Source: a virus (lineage: Duplodnaviria > Caudoviricetes). Taken from it: a stretch of 41,434 nt of DNA. Under the pieces are notes generated by a model. That model was not told the origin of the DNA, ran no database searches, and worked only from the letters and a program-made list of their open reading frames with translations. The stretch covers positions 1-41,434 of the IMG/VR virus record IMGVR_UViG_3300048849_000150; one strand, written 5' to 3'. This document shows, in pieces, positions 25,341 through 35,734 of the stretch; position 1 is the first letter of the stretch; every line of letters starts with the position of its first letter. The translations under genes were made by a program, and so were the position numbers.

Positions 25341-27734
25341 ATGGCATCAGCGGTTATCGGCGCCCTTCGCGTAAACCTCGGCATTGACAGCGCCGAATTC
25401 CAAAACGGACTTAAGAAGGCCCAGTCCAGCCTTAGTGGCATCGGCAAGTCGATGCAGTCGGCCGGCAAGAGCATGTCAGCGTTTATTACGGCTCCGCTCG
25501 CTGCTGTGGGGACGCTCACGATCAAGACGGCCGGCGACTTCGAAGCTTCTATGAACCGCGTGCAGGCCGCGACAAATGCCTCTTCACAGCAGTTCGAGCA
25601 GATGCAGAAGATGGCACTGGACCTTGGGGCAAATACCTCGAAGTCAGCCTCAGAAGCCGCGGACTCGATGGAGATGCTCGCCAAAAACGGCGTCTCCGCG
25701 GAAGACATTCTGAACGGTGCAGCCGCTGCGTCGATCAAGCTGTCGGAGGCAACGGGCGGGGACCTCTCGACCGCTGCGGACGTGGCCACCAACGTCATGT
25801 CTCAGTTCAAGATAGAGGTGAAGGATCTTGGCAAGGTCGTGGATGGCATTACCAACGTCACGCTCGCCTCGCAGTTCGGCTTTCAGGACTACAAGGATGC
25901 CCTGGGTCAAGCCGGGGGTGTGGCCGGTTCCCTCGGTGTCAGCCTCGAAGAGTTCAACGCAGCGATCGCCGCGACCTCGTCCGTGTTCAACAGCGGCTCT
26001 GACGCTGGCACATCGTTCAAGACGTTCTTGACGACGCTCGTGCCGAAGAGCGCTGCTGCTGAGAATGCCATGAAAGAACTTGGGCTCGAGTTCTTCAACA
26101 CAGACGGCTCGATGAAATCCATGGCGGCAATCGCTGAGGAGCTGAAGACCAGCCTCGCCGGGCTGAGCGACGAGGCCAAGAACGACGCGGTGCATGAAAT
26201 CTTCGGCACCGATGCAATGCGAACAGCCATTGCGCTGGCGGATCAGGGTGCTGCCGGTATCGACAAGATGACGGAGACGGTCTCCCGGGCAGGTGCCGCC
26301 AATGAACAGTCTGCGGCTCGCATGAAGGGCTTCAACGGCGAAATGGAGAAGCTATCCGGCGCTATAGAAACCCTCTCCATCAACATTGCCAACAGCGGGC
26401 TCCTGGCGTTCGCGACGTCTTTGATCAGCAGCTTGGCCAGCGTGGTCGCCGGACTGTCGCAGACGAACCCGGAATTCCTGAAGTGGGGAACGGTAGTTGC
26501 GGTGGCAGCCGCCGCCCTGGGACCGCTGGTCATCGCCGTTGGTCTCTTCGTGACGGCAGTTGCTGCTGTAGGTGTGCCCGTCGCAGCAGCGGTTGCGGGA
26601 GTGGCTGCACTCGCTGCCGCCGCAGTCGCGCTTTATACAAACTGGGATCTGGTGCGCGCATCCTTTCCGACGGTGGCAGCTGCCGTCGAAACAACGATTG
26701 CCGTCATGAAGGTGAGCCTTGCCGGCATTGTTGAAAGCGCTCGGCTCATGGCTGCGGGAGTCGTCCAGGTGTTGACGGGCGATTTTACCGGAGCCTGGAC
26801 GACGTCGCTCGCTCTCGTGAATAACTTCTGGCAGACTTTCGGTTCGATAGCCGACACGATCATCCCCGGCTTCACTGCAAAAGTGCTCGAATTGATACAG
26901 GTCGTGAAGCAGATGGCGAATGACATCGTCAGCGCCTTCACAGCAATCCCAGGCCAGATGATCGAGATCGGCGGTCAGATCATCGACGGGCTCTGGAATG
27001 GCATCAAGGCGAAGTGGGAGACTGTCAAAGCCGGCGTATCGGGTATCGGCACCTCGATCAGCGATAGCGTTAAGAGTGCGCTTGGTATCCACTCTCCCTC
27101 CCGTGTCATGCACGACGTCGGTGTCAACGTTATGCAGGGTCTCGGGAACGGGATGACCAGCATGCAAGGCCAGGTCGTAGGAGTTGCGGGTTCTACGGCG
27201 AATGACATCAAGACGACCTTCAACGGTCTGGAAGGCGTCGGATCCAATCTGGGGCAGGGAATGGAAAGCGCCTTCTCAGGCATTGGCTCCTCGATCGCAG
27301 AGGCCATCAAGGGAACGAAGGATTGGCGTGATGTCGCGCTGGATGCGCTGAAGAGCGTGGCTAGCAGCCTTCTTTCGTCGATCGGCAGCAGCATGGGTGG
27401 CGGGGGCGGAGGCCTTGGCGGCATCTTTACGGGCCTGCTCGGCGGCTTGTTCGGCTTTGCCAATGGCGGGTCTTTTCAAGTGGGCGGCGCGGGTGGGGTG
27501 GATAGCCAGCTTGTCGCCTTCAAGGCAAGCCCGAACGAAACAGTGTCCGTCACCAAGCCAGGTCAACGCGGGGGCGGTGGCAATCTTGTTTTCGCGCCGA
27601 ATATTGACGCCCGGGGTGCCGATCAGACCGGCATTTCCCGGCTGCAGCGCCAGCTTGACGACATGAAGCAGAACTTCGGCAAGATGGTTGATGCTCGCAA
27701 CAGTGTTTCCAGCGCACGAAAGACGAGGGGCTGA
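25341..27734 (+). CDS. Tail tape measure protein (TP901-like core)
   Basis: 797 aa Ala/Gly-rich; FEASMNRV, GSDAGTSFK, IFGTDA, LGIHSPSRV motifs. Confidence 0.95.
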   Translation: MASAVIGALRVNLGIDSAEFQNGLKKAQSSLSGIGKSMQSAGKSMSAFITAPLAAVGTLTIKTAGDFEASMNRVQAATNASSQQFEQMQKMALDLGANTSKSASEAADSMEMLAKNGVSAEDILNGAAAASIKLSEATGGDLSTAADVATNVMSQFKIEVKDLGKVVDGITNVTLASQFGFQDYKDALGQAGGVAGSLGVSLEEFNAAIAATSSVFNSGSDAGTSFKTFLTTLVPKSAAAENAMKELGLEFFNTDGSMKSMAAIAEELKTSLAGLSDEAKNDAVHEIFGTDAMRTAIALADQGAAGIDKMTETVSRAGAANEQSAARMKGFNGEMEKLSGAIETLSINIANSGLLAFATSLISSLASVVAGLSQTNPEFLKWGTVVAVAAAALGPLVIAVGLFVTAVAAVGVPVAAAVAGVAALAAAAVALYTNWDLVRASFPTVAAAVETTIAVMKVSLAGIVESARLMAAGVVQVLTGDFTGAWTTSLALVNNFWQTFGSIADTIIPGFTAKVLELIQVVKQMANDIVSAFTAIPGQMIEIGGQIIDGLWNGIKAKWETVKAGVSGIGTSISDSVKSALGIHSPSRVMHDVGVNVMQGLGNGMTSMQGQVVGVAGSTANDIKTTFNGLEGVGSNLGQGMESAFSGIGSSIAEAIKGTKDWRDVALDALKSVASSLLSSIGSSMGGGGGGLGGIFTGLLGGLFGFANGGSFQVGGAGGVDSQLVAFKASPNETVSVTKPGQRGGGGNLVFAPNIDARGADQTGISRLQRQLDDMKQNFGKMVDARNSVSSARKTRG

Positions 27735-28459
27735 TGGCTCGACTGCTAAACTGGCCAAATGGCTTAGGCATCAGGTCCCGGAGTCCCTTGGCTGGACCTC
27801 GTTCGAAAGGCGCAACGGGTCGGCAGGAAAGTACGGGCGGTCGCTTCCAATCCGTAGCTTCAGCCTTCGGCTACTGGAAATATGAGTTTGTCCTGCCCCC
27901 GGCGAAGGGGCGGCTCTATCGACGCATTGAGGGCCTGGTGATGGCCTTGCATGGCGGTGCGAATGCAGTGCGCGTCTCATGGCCTGCACCGGACGGGTTC
28001 ACGTTCAAGGAGGCTGGCGCCAACTTTACGCATCAGCAGGAGCGAAACGGCATAGCCTGGAGCAACGGCCGGCCGTGGTCAAACGGCATGAACTGGGGCG
28101 TCTCACCTCCGAACGTGGCGGTGGCTGCCAGTGCCGCCAGAGACACATCGCTGATCAAGCTTGGTTCCGCATTCTGGGGACGCGCCTTGGATTACGGCGA
28201 CGAGATTGGTTTCTTCCCGCTTCACTTCGGGAAATACATGATCACTGAAGCTCGCGGTCATGGCGAGTATCGGATATGGCCACCCCTTCGCAAGGCGATC
28301 ACCGCTGACGATTTCGCGACCCTCACGCCTGTTCTGGCGATGACATTGGATAACGAAAGCGGCGCCGACCTAGCGCGCGGGGTTGATGTCGGTCAGGAAA
28401 GCACGCTGATCCTGTCGGAAGTCTTCGACTACGACGTGCGCGACTATTACGCGGATTGA
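27734..28459 (+). CDS. Distal tail (Dit-like) protein
   Basis: Position after the tape measure gene; coupled start. Confidence 0.65.
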   Translation: MARLLNWPNGLGIRSRSPLAGPRSKGATGRQESTGGRFQSVASAFGYWKYEFVLPPAKGRLYRRIEGLVMALHGGANAVRVSWPAPDGFTFKEAGANFTHQQERNGIAWSNGRPWSNGMNWGVSPPNVAVAASAARDTSLIKLGSAFWGRALDYGDEIGFFPLHFGKYMITEARGHGEYRIWPPLRKAITADDFATLTPVLAMTLDNESGADLARGVDVGQESTLILSEVFDYDVRDYYAD

Positions 28460-28461
28460 TC

Positions 28462-28677
28462 ATGGCAGAGAGATCTTTAGAGGACATCGTCGCCATGAAG
28501 CGGCGCGACCTGGCGCGACTGCATGCCAATGAATTGAACGCAGCTCTCTTCCCGGAGCCGGAGCGCCGGGATGACGCCATTGCCGATGATGAGAAGGCTG
28601 AAATTCAGGTGACGGTTTCGCAGATCCGGGAACGTCATCGCCAGGAGCTGGCGGCGTGGCAAGAGGCGAATAGCTGA
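28462..28677 (+). CDS. Small helical hypothetical protein within the tail module
   Basis: Fills the gap and is coupled to the downstream gene. Confidence 0.65.
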   Translation: MAERSLEDIVAMKRRDLARLHANELNAALFPEPERRDDAIADDEKAEIQVTVSQIRERHRQELAAWQEANS

Positions 28678-29255
28678 TGGCTTTGTTTTCGGAAGCCGAC
28701 CGCGCGTTTCTGCGCCGTCCACATATTGCTCGCGCATGGTTCATGGAGCTGCATCTGCCAACCGGCACATGGCTTGTTCACAACGGCGTGGGGCGAAAGA
28801 CGGTCGGCGGCAAAGAGTGGTTTGGCGTGTCAGACCCTGGTGGGCGCCAGCTGGTTTCGGTGTCTGCTGTCGAGGACCCGCGCTTCGGACAGGCTGCCAA
28901 GGTTGATGTCGTTCTATCGGGCGTGAACGTGGATTTCCTGCGGTCTGTCAAAGATACGGCCCGGCAGATCGAAGGTTCGCTTGCTGACCTCTACTGGTGC
29001 GCCTTCGACCAGGAGACGCAGGAGGTTTGGACTGGTGGCCTGAAGAAGCTGTTCCCCGGCTATCTGTCGGCACCAAAGCGGCAAAGCCAGGGCATAGGCC
29101 TCCGTACTGTTTCATTCACGGTGGAGACCATGTGGCAAAGCCAGAACTATCCCTTTGGCGGCAAGTGGACACCGGCCGATCAGGGGCGCCGCTATCCTGG
29201 CGACAAGGGTCTGAACTTCGTGGGCGTCAAGGTGACGGAGGTCATCAAGGCATGA
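28677..29255 (+). CDS. Tail hub / minor tail protein
   Basis: C-terminal WTPADQGRRYPGDKGLNFV typical of tail-hub proteins. Confidence 0.75.
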   Translation: MALFSEADRAFLRRPHIARAWFMELHLPTGTWLVHNGVGRKTVGGKEWFGVSDPGGRQLVSVSAVEDPRFGQAAKVDVVLSGVNVDFLRSVKDTARQIEGSLADLYWCAFDQETQEVWTGGLKKLFPGYLSAPKRQSQGIGLRTVSFTVETMWQSQNYPFGGKWTPADQGRRYPGDKGLNFVGVKVTEVIKA

Positions 29256-29659
29256 CCGATCTTCAGGCTGAGCTCAAAGAGCACATCGATAGCGTCCAGG
29301 AGAAAGAAGCTGTCTTCGGCATCGACGACTGCTCGCCCTGGTGTGGCTCATGGGTTGAGAAGGCGACGGGGGTTCGGGTGATTGAGCCGGACTGGCACAG
29401 TTGGCCGGAGGCGGAAGCCAAGATCAAGCGCGCCGGCTCGCTCTGCGCTCTCTGGGACGAGGCCTTGGCCGGCCATTACGAGACGATCTGGCCCACGGTA
29501 TCCCCTGCTTTCGGAGACGTGGGATTAGTTGAAACGAGGATTGCGGGCCAGATCAGCGGCATTTTCCTCGACCATGGTCGCTTCGTCTGGAGGGTCAAGG
29601 TCGGAGTGTCCTTCTTGATGCCGCGCAATATTGTAAAGGCTTGGACCTTCCAAAAATGA
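29252..29659 (+). CDS. NlpC/P60-like tail assembly protein (DUF6950-like)
   Basis: FGIDDCSPWCGSWVEKATG...GDVGLV; ATGA overlaps on both sides. Confidence 0.75.
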   Translation: MTDLQAELKEHIDSVQEKEAVFGIDDCSPWCGSWVEKATGVRVIEPDWHSWPEAEAKIKRAGSLCALWDEALAGHYETIWPTVSPAFGDVGLVETRIAGQISGIFLDHGRFVWRVKVGVSFLMPRNIVKAWTFQK

Positions 29660-31818
29660 AGCTTCGCACATTGCTGCTCACGACGAGCGCCGCCTACTGG
29701 GCCGGCGCCGTGCCGGCGCATGCCGGTATTGAGACACTGATCATCGGCATCCACGGGTTTCTCCTCGCCAGTACTGCCGTGTCTGCCACGGTGGCGGGTA
29801 CACTCGCGACTGTCATCGGGTACGGGATCGCTGGAGCTGCTGTCGTAGGGGCTTCTCTCCTCGGGCAACAAAGGCAAGGCGGCGCTGTCAAACCCGCTGA
29901 TGTTAAGAGCACGTTCGAGACGGGTGAGAGTTCTACCATTGAGGGGGTCGGACGGGTTCGCGTCGGCGGCCTGAAAGCCTTTGGCAACACTGACGGGAGC
30001 ACGAGGGCGCGCCTCGTGTGCAGGCTTCAGGGGCCTATTGACGCCGTAGAATCCTACTATCTGGGCCAGCGCGAAGTGACGGTCGAGCCGAATGGTGATG
30101 TCAGTTCACCGCCATGGGCTAGACCTGGTGGATCATGGGCAAACTGGCGGGACAAATTCGGTACGGGCTCTGAGACCGCATGGTCGGGCCTGATGGCGCT
30201 CTTTCCGGATCTGTGGACATCCGCGCATCGTGTCCGCGGTATCGCGCAGTCTCAGCTCCTCTTTTACAACCCCGGCCTGAAGGAAGAGAAGTATCTCAGC
30301 CTCTATCAGAGCGGCGCACCTGAGAGTGAATGGATCGCGCGGGCATCCAAGGTCTATGACCCCCGCACCGGGCTTACTGCCTGGTCGGATAATAGCCCCT
30401 TGATCTGCGCCCATGTATTGCGCCGTGACCCTGCCTTTGTCTTTGAACGCTTCAACTGGGCTAGAATTGGAGAGACCGCCGATAAGGCTGACGCTCTTGT
30501 CGCTACCCGGACAGGCAACGAGAAGCGTTCGCGGCTTTGGGGGATGTGGGCATGGGAGAGTGAACGCGGCGAGACCATGAAGCAGTTCCTCGACTCTGCC
30601 GGGCTTGAGCAAAGGCTGGATGCAAATGGTCTGATCTACTTCGAGTTCATTGACGACGAGATCACACCGGAGATCAGCTTCACGCCTGACGATATCTACG
30701 ACTACACCTGGCAATCCGGACCTGAAGCTGTGGAGCGCCCGAACATCGCTCGCGTCAAATACTATTCGCCAGAGCGCAACTACGAGATGGCTGATCTGAC
30801 GCTCGAAGGTGTCGTTCCTTGGGCCAAGGTGCAGGATGAGGTGGATAAGTACGGCGACAAGTTTTTCGACCTGGAGCTTCCTTTCTGCCCTTCAGCCAGC
30901 CAGGCGCAGCGCATCCTGCGTCGCAAATTCGCGCTTGCTCGCGCAGATCGTGGAACAATGACCACGAACATGGTGGGGCTGGCTGCCTGGGGCCTGCTGT
31001 ACGCAGAACTGACGGAGCCGGATCTGGGCGACGTGGAGAAGGTGAGAATGGAGGCGCCGCGGGTTGATGATGAAAACGGATCGATCGAGATCCCGTTTGT
31101 CATCTGGCCGCAACTCACACCTTGGAACCCCCAAGTTGATGAAGCTGCTGCACCAGATATAATCCCAGAGCTTGGCTATGAAAGCGACATGACGACGCCA
31201 AACGCGCCGACGGCCGCAACGCAGGTCATCTATCCGGACGGGTCCAGGGAATTGCGTATCAGCTTCAGTCTTCCCGCCCAAGATTACGACATCGCGGAAG
31301 CAGCTTTCCGCAGCTACACCGATGGTCTGCCCGATGCATGGCAGAGCATGACCGAGTACGGGGGCGTCGGAGCCTGGGAGCCTGGCAACTACGAGGGGAA
31401 GGATCTCGATGCGCGCGTGCGCGTGTTCAATGGTGACAATGGGAGCTACTTCTCGCCCCTCTTTCACACCACGGTCAGCGTCAACAACACCGCGCCGGGT
31501 CAGCCAGACTTCGTGAGCGGCGGCACCACCCTTGTCGCCACGACTGCTAATCTGGATGTGACGGTCAAGGCGAGCGAGCTTCGTGCCGCCTCCATTACTC
31601 TGGAGCGGCGCATCAACGGTAGCGCGTGGTTGCAGCGCGATCGCAAAAAATGCCGGCCGGGCCAGAACGTCAACTTCACCGACAGCGGCTCCGGCTCAAG
31701 CGGGCTCTCCAGCGGCACTGTTGATTGGCGCCTGCGATCTCTGTCCAGCAATGGCACCCCCGGCAATGACCTCTTCTATTCAGTAACGACGCCCCCAAGC
31801 AGCGGCGGCGGCAATTAA
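29656..31818 (+). CDS. Tail tip / central fibre protein (J-like)
   Basis: GRVRVGG, WTSAHRVRGIA, KVYDPRT..AWSDN, SASQAQR motifs. Confidence 0.85.
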   Translation: MKLRTLLLTTSAAYWAGAVPAHAGIETLIIGIHGFLLASTAVSATVAGTLATVIGYGIAGAAVVGASLLGQQRQGGAVKPADVKSTFETGESSTIEGVGRVRVGGLKAFGNTDGSTRARLVCRLQGPIDAVESYYLGQREVTVEPNGDVSSPPWARPGGSWANWRDKFGTGSETAWSGLMALFPDLWTSAHRVRGIAQSQLLFYNPGLKEEKYLSLYQSGAPESEWIARASKVYDPRTGLTAWSDNSPLICAHVLRRDPAFVFERFNWARIGETADKADALVATRTGNEKRSRLWGMWAWESERGETMKQFLDSAGLEQRLDANGLIYFEFIDDEITPEISFTPDDIYDYTWQSGPEAVERPNIARVKYYSPERNYEMADLTLEGVVPWAKVQDEVDKYGDKFFDLELPFCPSASQAQRILRRKFALARADRGTMTTNMVGLAAWGLLYAELTEPDLGDVEKVRMEAPRVDDENGSIEIPFVIWPQLTPWNPQVDEAAAPDIIPELGYESDMTTPNAPTAATQVIYPDGSRELRISFSLPAQDYDIAEAAFRSYTDGLPDAWQSMTEYGGVGAWEPGNYEGKDLDARVRVFNGDNGSYFSPLFHTTVSVNNTAPGQPDFVSGGTTLVATTANLDVTVKASELRAASITLERRINGSAWLQRDRKKCRPGQNVNFTDSGSGSSGLSSGTVDWRLRSLSSNGTPGNDLFYSVTTPPSSGGGN

Positions 31819-31842
31819 CCTCCCGAAATCGAGGCACGTCTT

Positions 31843-34059
31843 ATGGGCATCTTCACCAAGCTGGCTCAGCTCATCTTCGCGCCTGTTGATGAGAACGGCG
31901 CCCCACGCTCTCCATCCATGCAGGAGGCGCAAGTGTGGGGGACGGAACTGGAGCGGCTGGTCTCCTTGTTCGTCTCCTCCGGTGGGCTGATCTACTCCAG
32001 CAAGGCCGCGCTCGATGCCGACCTGGCCCGCGCACCCAATACGATGGTCTGGGTGCTAGGAGATCCGATCGCAGACAACAACGGCATCTATGGCAAGCTC
32101 GGTGCATCCGGATCTGGTTCGTGGACGCGCCGCGGCGATCTACCGTTCAGCTTCATCGTCGCCTCCAACGCTGGAGCCGGTACGGCGAATGCCATTCAGG
32201 CGACCACGGCAATTCCCGTTTCAGGCTCGTCGCTGATCTGGATGAACATCGCCTCGACGACAACGGCATCTCCCGTGACGGTCGCCTTCAACGGTGGCCC
32301 GGCGCTGACGATCAAAAGCAACAGCGGCAACAACATTGCCATAGGCGGCCTGGTCGCCGGCATGGTGGTGTTGGGTGTCGTGTCCGGCGCTAACTTCCGG
32401 CTTGTCAGCGACCAGGCGAGTGCGGTGCTGGTCGCCGCAGCAGAAGCGTCCGCGCTGCAGGCGAAGGCCTATCGCGACCAGGCGTTGGCGGCAGCAGCTG
32501 GCGTCACACTGCCGAGCGCAGTCGCCTCGACCTATCTCAGGCAGAAGGCAGACCTTGCTGGGTATGAAACCAGGACAGCCGCGCAAACGGCTGACGATCT
32601 CAACCTTGCGGCTGTCCAGATCTTCGGCGACAGTGCGTCTCGCAATGCTCGCGCCCGTTTCGGCGATACTTTGGACATCAAGGAGTTCGGTTTCGATGTC
32701 TCCGGGGCAGTAGGCGCGGAGGCCGCAAACAATGCTGCCCTAGACCGGCTAATCGCTCATGCCACAGCGAATGTCGGGATGGTCTACCGGGCGCGCAAAG
32801 GCGATGTCGTTCGGTGGAGTGCTGCAAAAACACTTCCGCGTTGCAAGCTGCGGACTGAGGGGGGCCGTCTGCATTGGGTTGGGAATCTCAGTGGCAGTTC
32901 TTCCCCGGCACTGACGCTCAATCCGTACCTGGAGTTTGACGCTTTACAGTTCGAGGTTCCCGCCGGTGGGCTGTTCCGCCGGCTTGCTCGACTGTCTGGT
33001 GATAACTCGGGGGATATCGTTTCCATTGAATGTGAGAACCAGATCGCGAACAACGGCGGGAACAACCTGGACGTTGCCTTCGCCGCTTATGGACACCGCA
33101 ACAGATTGCGACGGTTCCGCTGCAAGAATGTCGACTATGCTGGTCTCATTTGGGGAGACGGCGGTCCCGGAGCGCCGCAGATGGATACGACGCTCGACGA
33201 GTTCGACATTGAAAATTATCGTACTGGGATGTGGATACGCAATGTAATCCGGCTCGCAAATCCGCTAGGTCGGTCTAAGGGGCGATCTGCAAATGCTCTT
33301 CCAGATCCTGGGGCGAACGGGCTCGTAGTCGAGTCTGCCATCGACTCCACCTTCGGGCAATACGAGTTGTTCGACGCAGCAGAACACAACTTCCGCTTCG
33401 GCGGCGTCAAAAATGGCGAGGCTGTGACGCGGAACTGCACGATCAAAAGTGTCCTTTCAGGCCGGGCAGGACAGAGCGGAGTTAAAATCTGGTCTGGCGA
33501 TATTGCGAACATCATTAAAGGGCTGACCATTGGCGAAATCAACGTGTTCGATGCCGGGTTCGATGGAGACGCCCTGTTTTTCAATGACTTTGGGGCCATG
33601 ATCCAGAACGTCGCGGACAGCACGATAGGGATGATAAACGTCCGCAAACAAGACGCGGCCTACAGCGCTTATGATGGTGTGTATATTTCGCAGCCGACTA
33701 ATCTCACCATCGGCTTGATCAATTCCTTGAACGCGCAGCGAAATGCCCTCAGGATCTCGCAGTATAACAACAACGCCGCTGACAGCGGTGACGTGAACAC
33801 GCTCAACATCGGACATCTGAACGCAGCGGGCCATCTCGCGGAGGGCATCTACATCGAAACTCCTACTGCGAACATGCGTCGCATCAACATCGATGACTTC
33901 ACGATCAGTGGGGGGACCGATGCTGTCCGGTGGGCCGGCGCAGCAGATCGGGCTCAACAACAATGTTACATCCGTGGCGCTGCTACGGGGCAGACGGGGC
34001 AGAAATTCAACGTGCCCGGCTCGACAAGCATCAAGGTTGTAGACAAAATCGCAGCATGA
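31843..34059 (+). CDS. Tailspike / tail fibre with predicted beta-helix receptor-binding domain
   Basis: N-terminal attachment-like region (GAGTANAIQATT, LTIKSNSGN), then DIKEFG and N/G/I-rich repeats typical of parallel beta-helices. Confidence 0.8.
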   Translation: MGIFTKLAQLIFAPVDENGAPRSPSMQEAQVWGTELERLVSLFVSSGGLIYSSKAALDADLARAPNTMVWVLGDPIADNNGIYGKLGASGSGSWTRRGDLPFSFIVASNAGAGTANAIQATTAIPVSGSSLIWMNIASTTTASPVTVAFNGGPALTIKSNSGNNIAIGGLVAGMVVLGVVSGANFRLVSDQASAVLVAAAEASALQAKAYRDQALAAAAGVTLPSAVASTYLRQKADLAGYETRTAAQTADDLNLAAVQIFGDSASRNARARFGDTLDIKEFGFDVSGAVGAEAANNAALDRLIAHATANVGMVYRARKGDVVRWSAAKTLPRCKLRTEGGRLHWVGNLSGSSSPALTLNPYLEFDALQFEVPAGGLFRRLARLSGDNSGDIVSIECENQIANNGGNNLDVAFAAYGHRNRLRRFRCKNVDYAGLIWGDGGPGAPQMDTTLDEFDIENYRTGMWIRNVIRLANPLGRSKGRSANALPDPGANGLVVESAIDSTFGQYELFDAAEHNFRFGGVKNGEAVTRNCTIKSVLSGRAGQSGVKIWSGDIANIIKGLTIGEINVFDAGFDGDALFFNDFGAMIQNVADSTIGMINVRKQDAAYSAYDGVYISQPTNLTIGLINSLNAQRNALRISQYNNNAADSGDVNTLNIGHLNAAGHLAEGIYIETPTANMRRINIDDFTISGGTDAVRWAGAADRAQQQCYIRGAATGQTGQKFNVPGSTSIKVVDKIAA

Positions 34060-34952
34060 GCCGCCCCAAGAGAAACTTTAGACTAGACCGATCTGTGGAT
34101 TGGAAACCGGTAGAACTCGAAGCGACCCTTGGTAGCCTCGATCTTAGGCCGGGCCGTCAGGTCGTATACCGGATCTCCCACAAAGGCTTCCAGATCCCCG
34201 TCTTCGCTTTTTTACGCCCGGAGACAGGGAAGCTTTTAGCTTTCGGACAAGAGTCTTTAGTGCGGTCAAACACTGTCCTCCCTCTTTTTTACAGGTGGTC
34301 TTGGCACGCAAGGCTGTCTGATACGTCGCTGATAGTATTTAATGATCCCACGCTGACCCTTCACCCCCACTTGGGATGCTGCTGGTCCCAAGGCACGAAG
34401 GATCAGTTCGCGCTGGAAGCTATGCGAGATGTTCTCGTAGCTTTCTGTGATCGACTTGGCATCCCTCCACAGGACGCGCTTCTCTTTGGCGCGTCTGCAG
34501 GAGGATTCTGGGCAATGATGACTGGTGCTGAGGTGGGCAGCCGAGCTGTGGTGGTGGACAGCCCGCAAACTGATCTGTTTCGATATCACGACACCGGGCC
34601 CAGGGATGCGATGCTACGGGCCTGCTACCCGGAGATGGAGGCGGCGGACATCCAGTTGATTTACCCGGACCGCCTGAGGGTGATCGATCGCATAAAACTG
34701 CTTGGGAAGGCGGCACAGAAGATAGTCTTCGTTGAGAATAAGCAGGATGTGAAACACGTGCGAACGCAATGGAACGACTTCTTCTCCGAGCTGGATCAAT
34801 TGCCGTACGAGTGTAGACCTGAGATCTTCCATATTAGGTATGACCGCATCGGTGATCGCGGGCAAACGCATACGACTATGGAGACGGACGCGACAGTCCA
34901 GCTTCTGGCGAAAGTTCTCGCCGGCCGTGATCTAGAGCTTCAACCAGCGTAA
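34056..34952 (+). CDS. Alpha/beta hydrolase-fold protein (putative esterase)
   Basis: FGASAGGF nucleophile elbow, later Asp (QD) and His (THT); ATGA overlap with the tailspike stop. Confidence 0.75.
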   Translation: MSRPKRNFRLDRSVDWKPVELEATLGSLDLRPGRQVVYRISHKGFQIPVFAFLRPETGKLLAFGQESLVRSNTVLPLFYRWSWHARLSDTSLIVFNDPTLTLHPHLGCCWSQGTKDQFALEAMRDVLVAFCDRLGIPPQDALLFGASAGGFWAMMTGAEVGSRAVVVDSPQTDLFRYHDTGPRDAMLRACYPEMEAADIQLIYPDRLRVIDRIKLLGKAAQKIVFVENKQDVKHVRTQWNDFFSELDQLPYECRPEIFHIRYDRIGDRGQTHTTMETDATVQLLAKVLAGRDLELQPA

Positions 34953-35655
34953 GCATTTCCTGACGCCCGCGCTTTCTGAAGGCGAACACACTGTGACCAG
35001 TCAGCTTTGTCAGGCTGCTGGCTGGCACTGAGGCATCCCTAAGATCGTCCTCATCAAGGACGTCTTCTAGGTCTAGCCGGCCGAAGCCAACGAAATGACG
35101 AGTTACCCGATCATCAAAATCCAGTGAGCCGAACACGCGGCAGTGGTCGTGCTGAGTGAATTCTTTGGCTCTAATCGAAAGCGGCAGATCGGGGTCCATG
35201 TCCTCACGATACCACTTGCTGTCAATTGGCACCTGGAAGATGTGCAGCCCGCCCGGCTTCAGCATCTTGTTGGATTCTCGGATGATCCTGTCCAATGGTG
35301 CTCGTACGTGCTCAAGAACATGGGAATGGATAATGGCGCCGAACTTGTCGTAGTGCTCCGCCAATGACAGAGCGCTCAGATCCAGCTTCATGACCGGGAC
35401 GGGAGGGTGCTGATAGACCTCAGGCATGATGTCAGCGGGTGCATACCGATCCCCTACCAGATCATAGACGAGCCTCGTGATTGCTTCCTCGGGCGCCAGA
35501 TGCAGAACCGGGCCATTGATCGCAGGAAGAAGCTTTTTGAGCACCAGCGCCATCAGCCGGCCACGCTCCTTGGCGCCGCACCCTGCGCAGCGAGCGAGCT
35601 TCCGTCCGCGATATTCGGTAAACGTCTGGCTTTGGCAGATAGGGCAAGCGGGCAT
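34876..35655 (-). CDS. Class I SAM-dependent methyltransferase with N-terminal Zn ribbon (glycan-associated type)
   Basis: CPIC...CAGC, VLHLAPE, HSHVLEHV, MLKPGG, QHDHCRVFG; GGAG RBS. Confidence 0.85.
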   Translation of the reverse strand: MPACPICQSQTFTEYRGRKLARCAGCGAKERGRLMALVLKKLLPAINGPVLHLAPEEAITRLVYDLVGDRYAPADIMPEVYQHPPVPVMKLDLSALSLAEHYDKFGAIIHSHVLEHVRAPLDRIIRESNKMLKPGGLHIFQVPIDSKWYREDMDPDLPLSIRAKEFTQHDHCRVFGSLDFDDRVTRHFVGFGRLDLEDVLDEDDLRDASVPASSLTKLTGHSVFAFRKRGRQEMLTLVEALDHGRRELSPEAGLSRPSP

Positions 35656-35734
35656 AGTGACCTCCTATCTCCCACCATAGCCGAAAAAGACATCCACTCA
35701 ACCGGGGCGTCCTATGTCCACCATGCTTATCCCA

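Noticed and set aside
16061-33963. Long - strand ORFs across the structural genes (e.g. 20283-22061, 16510-17766)
   Set aside because: These are antisense shadows expected from GC-rich codon usage; they lack recognisable motifs and coupled junctions, unlike the leftward chain.
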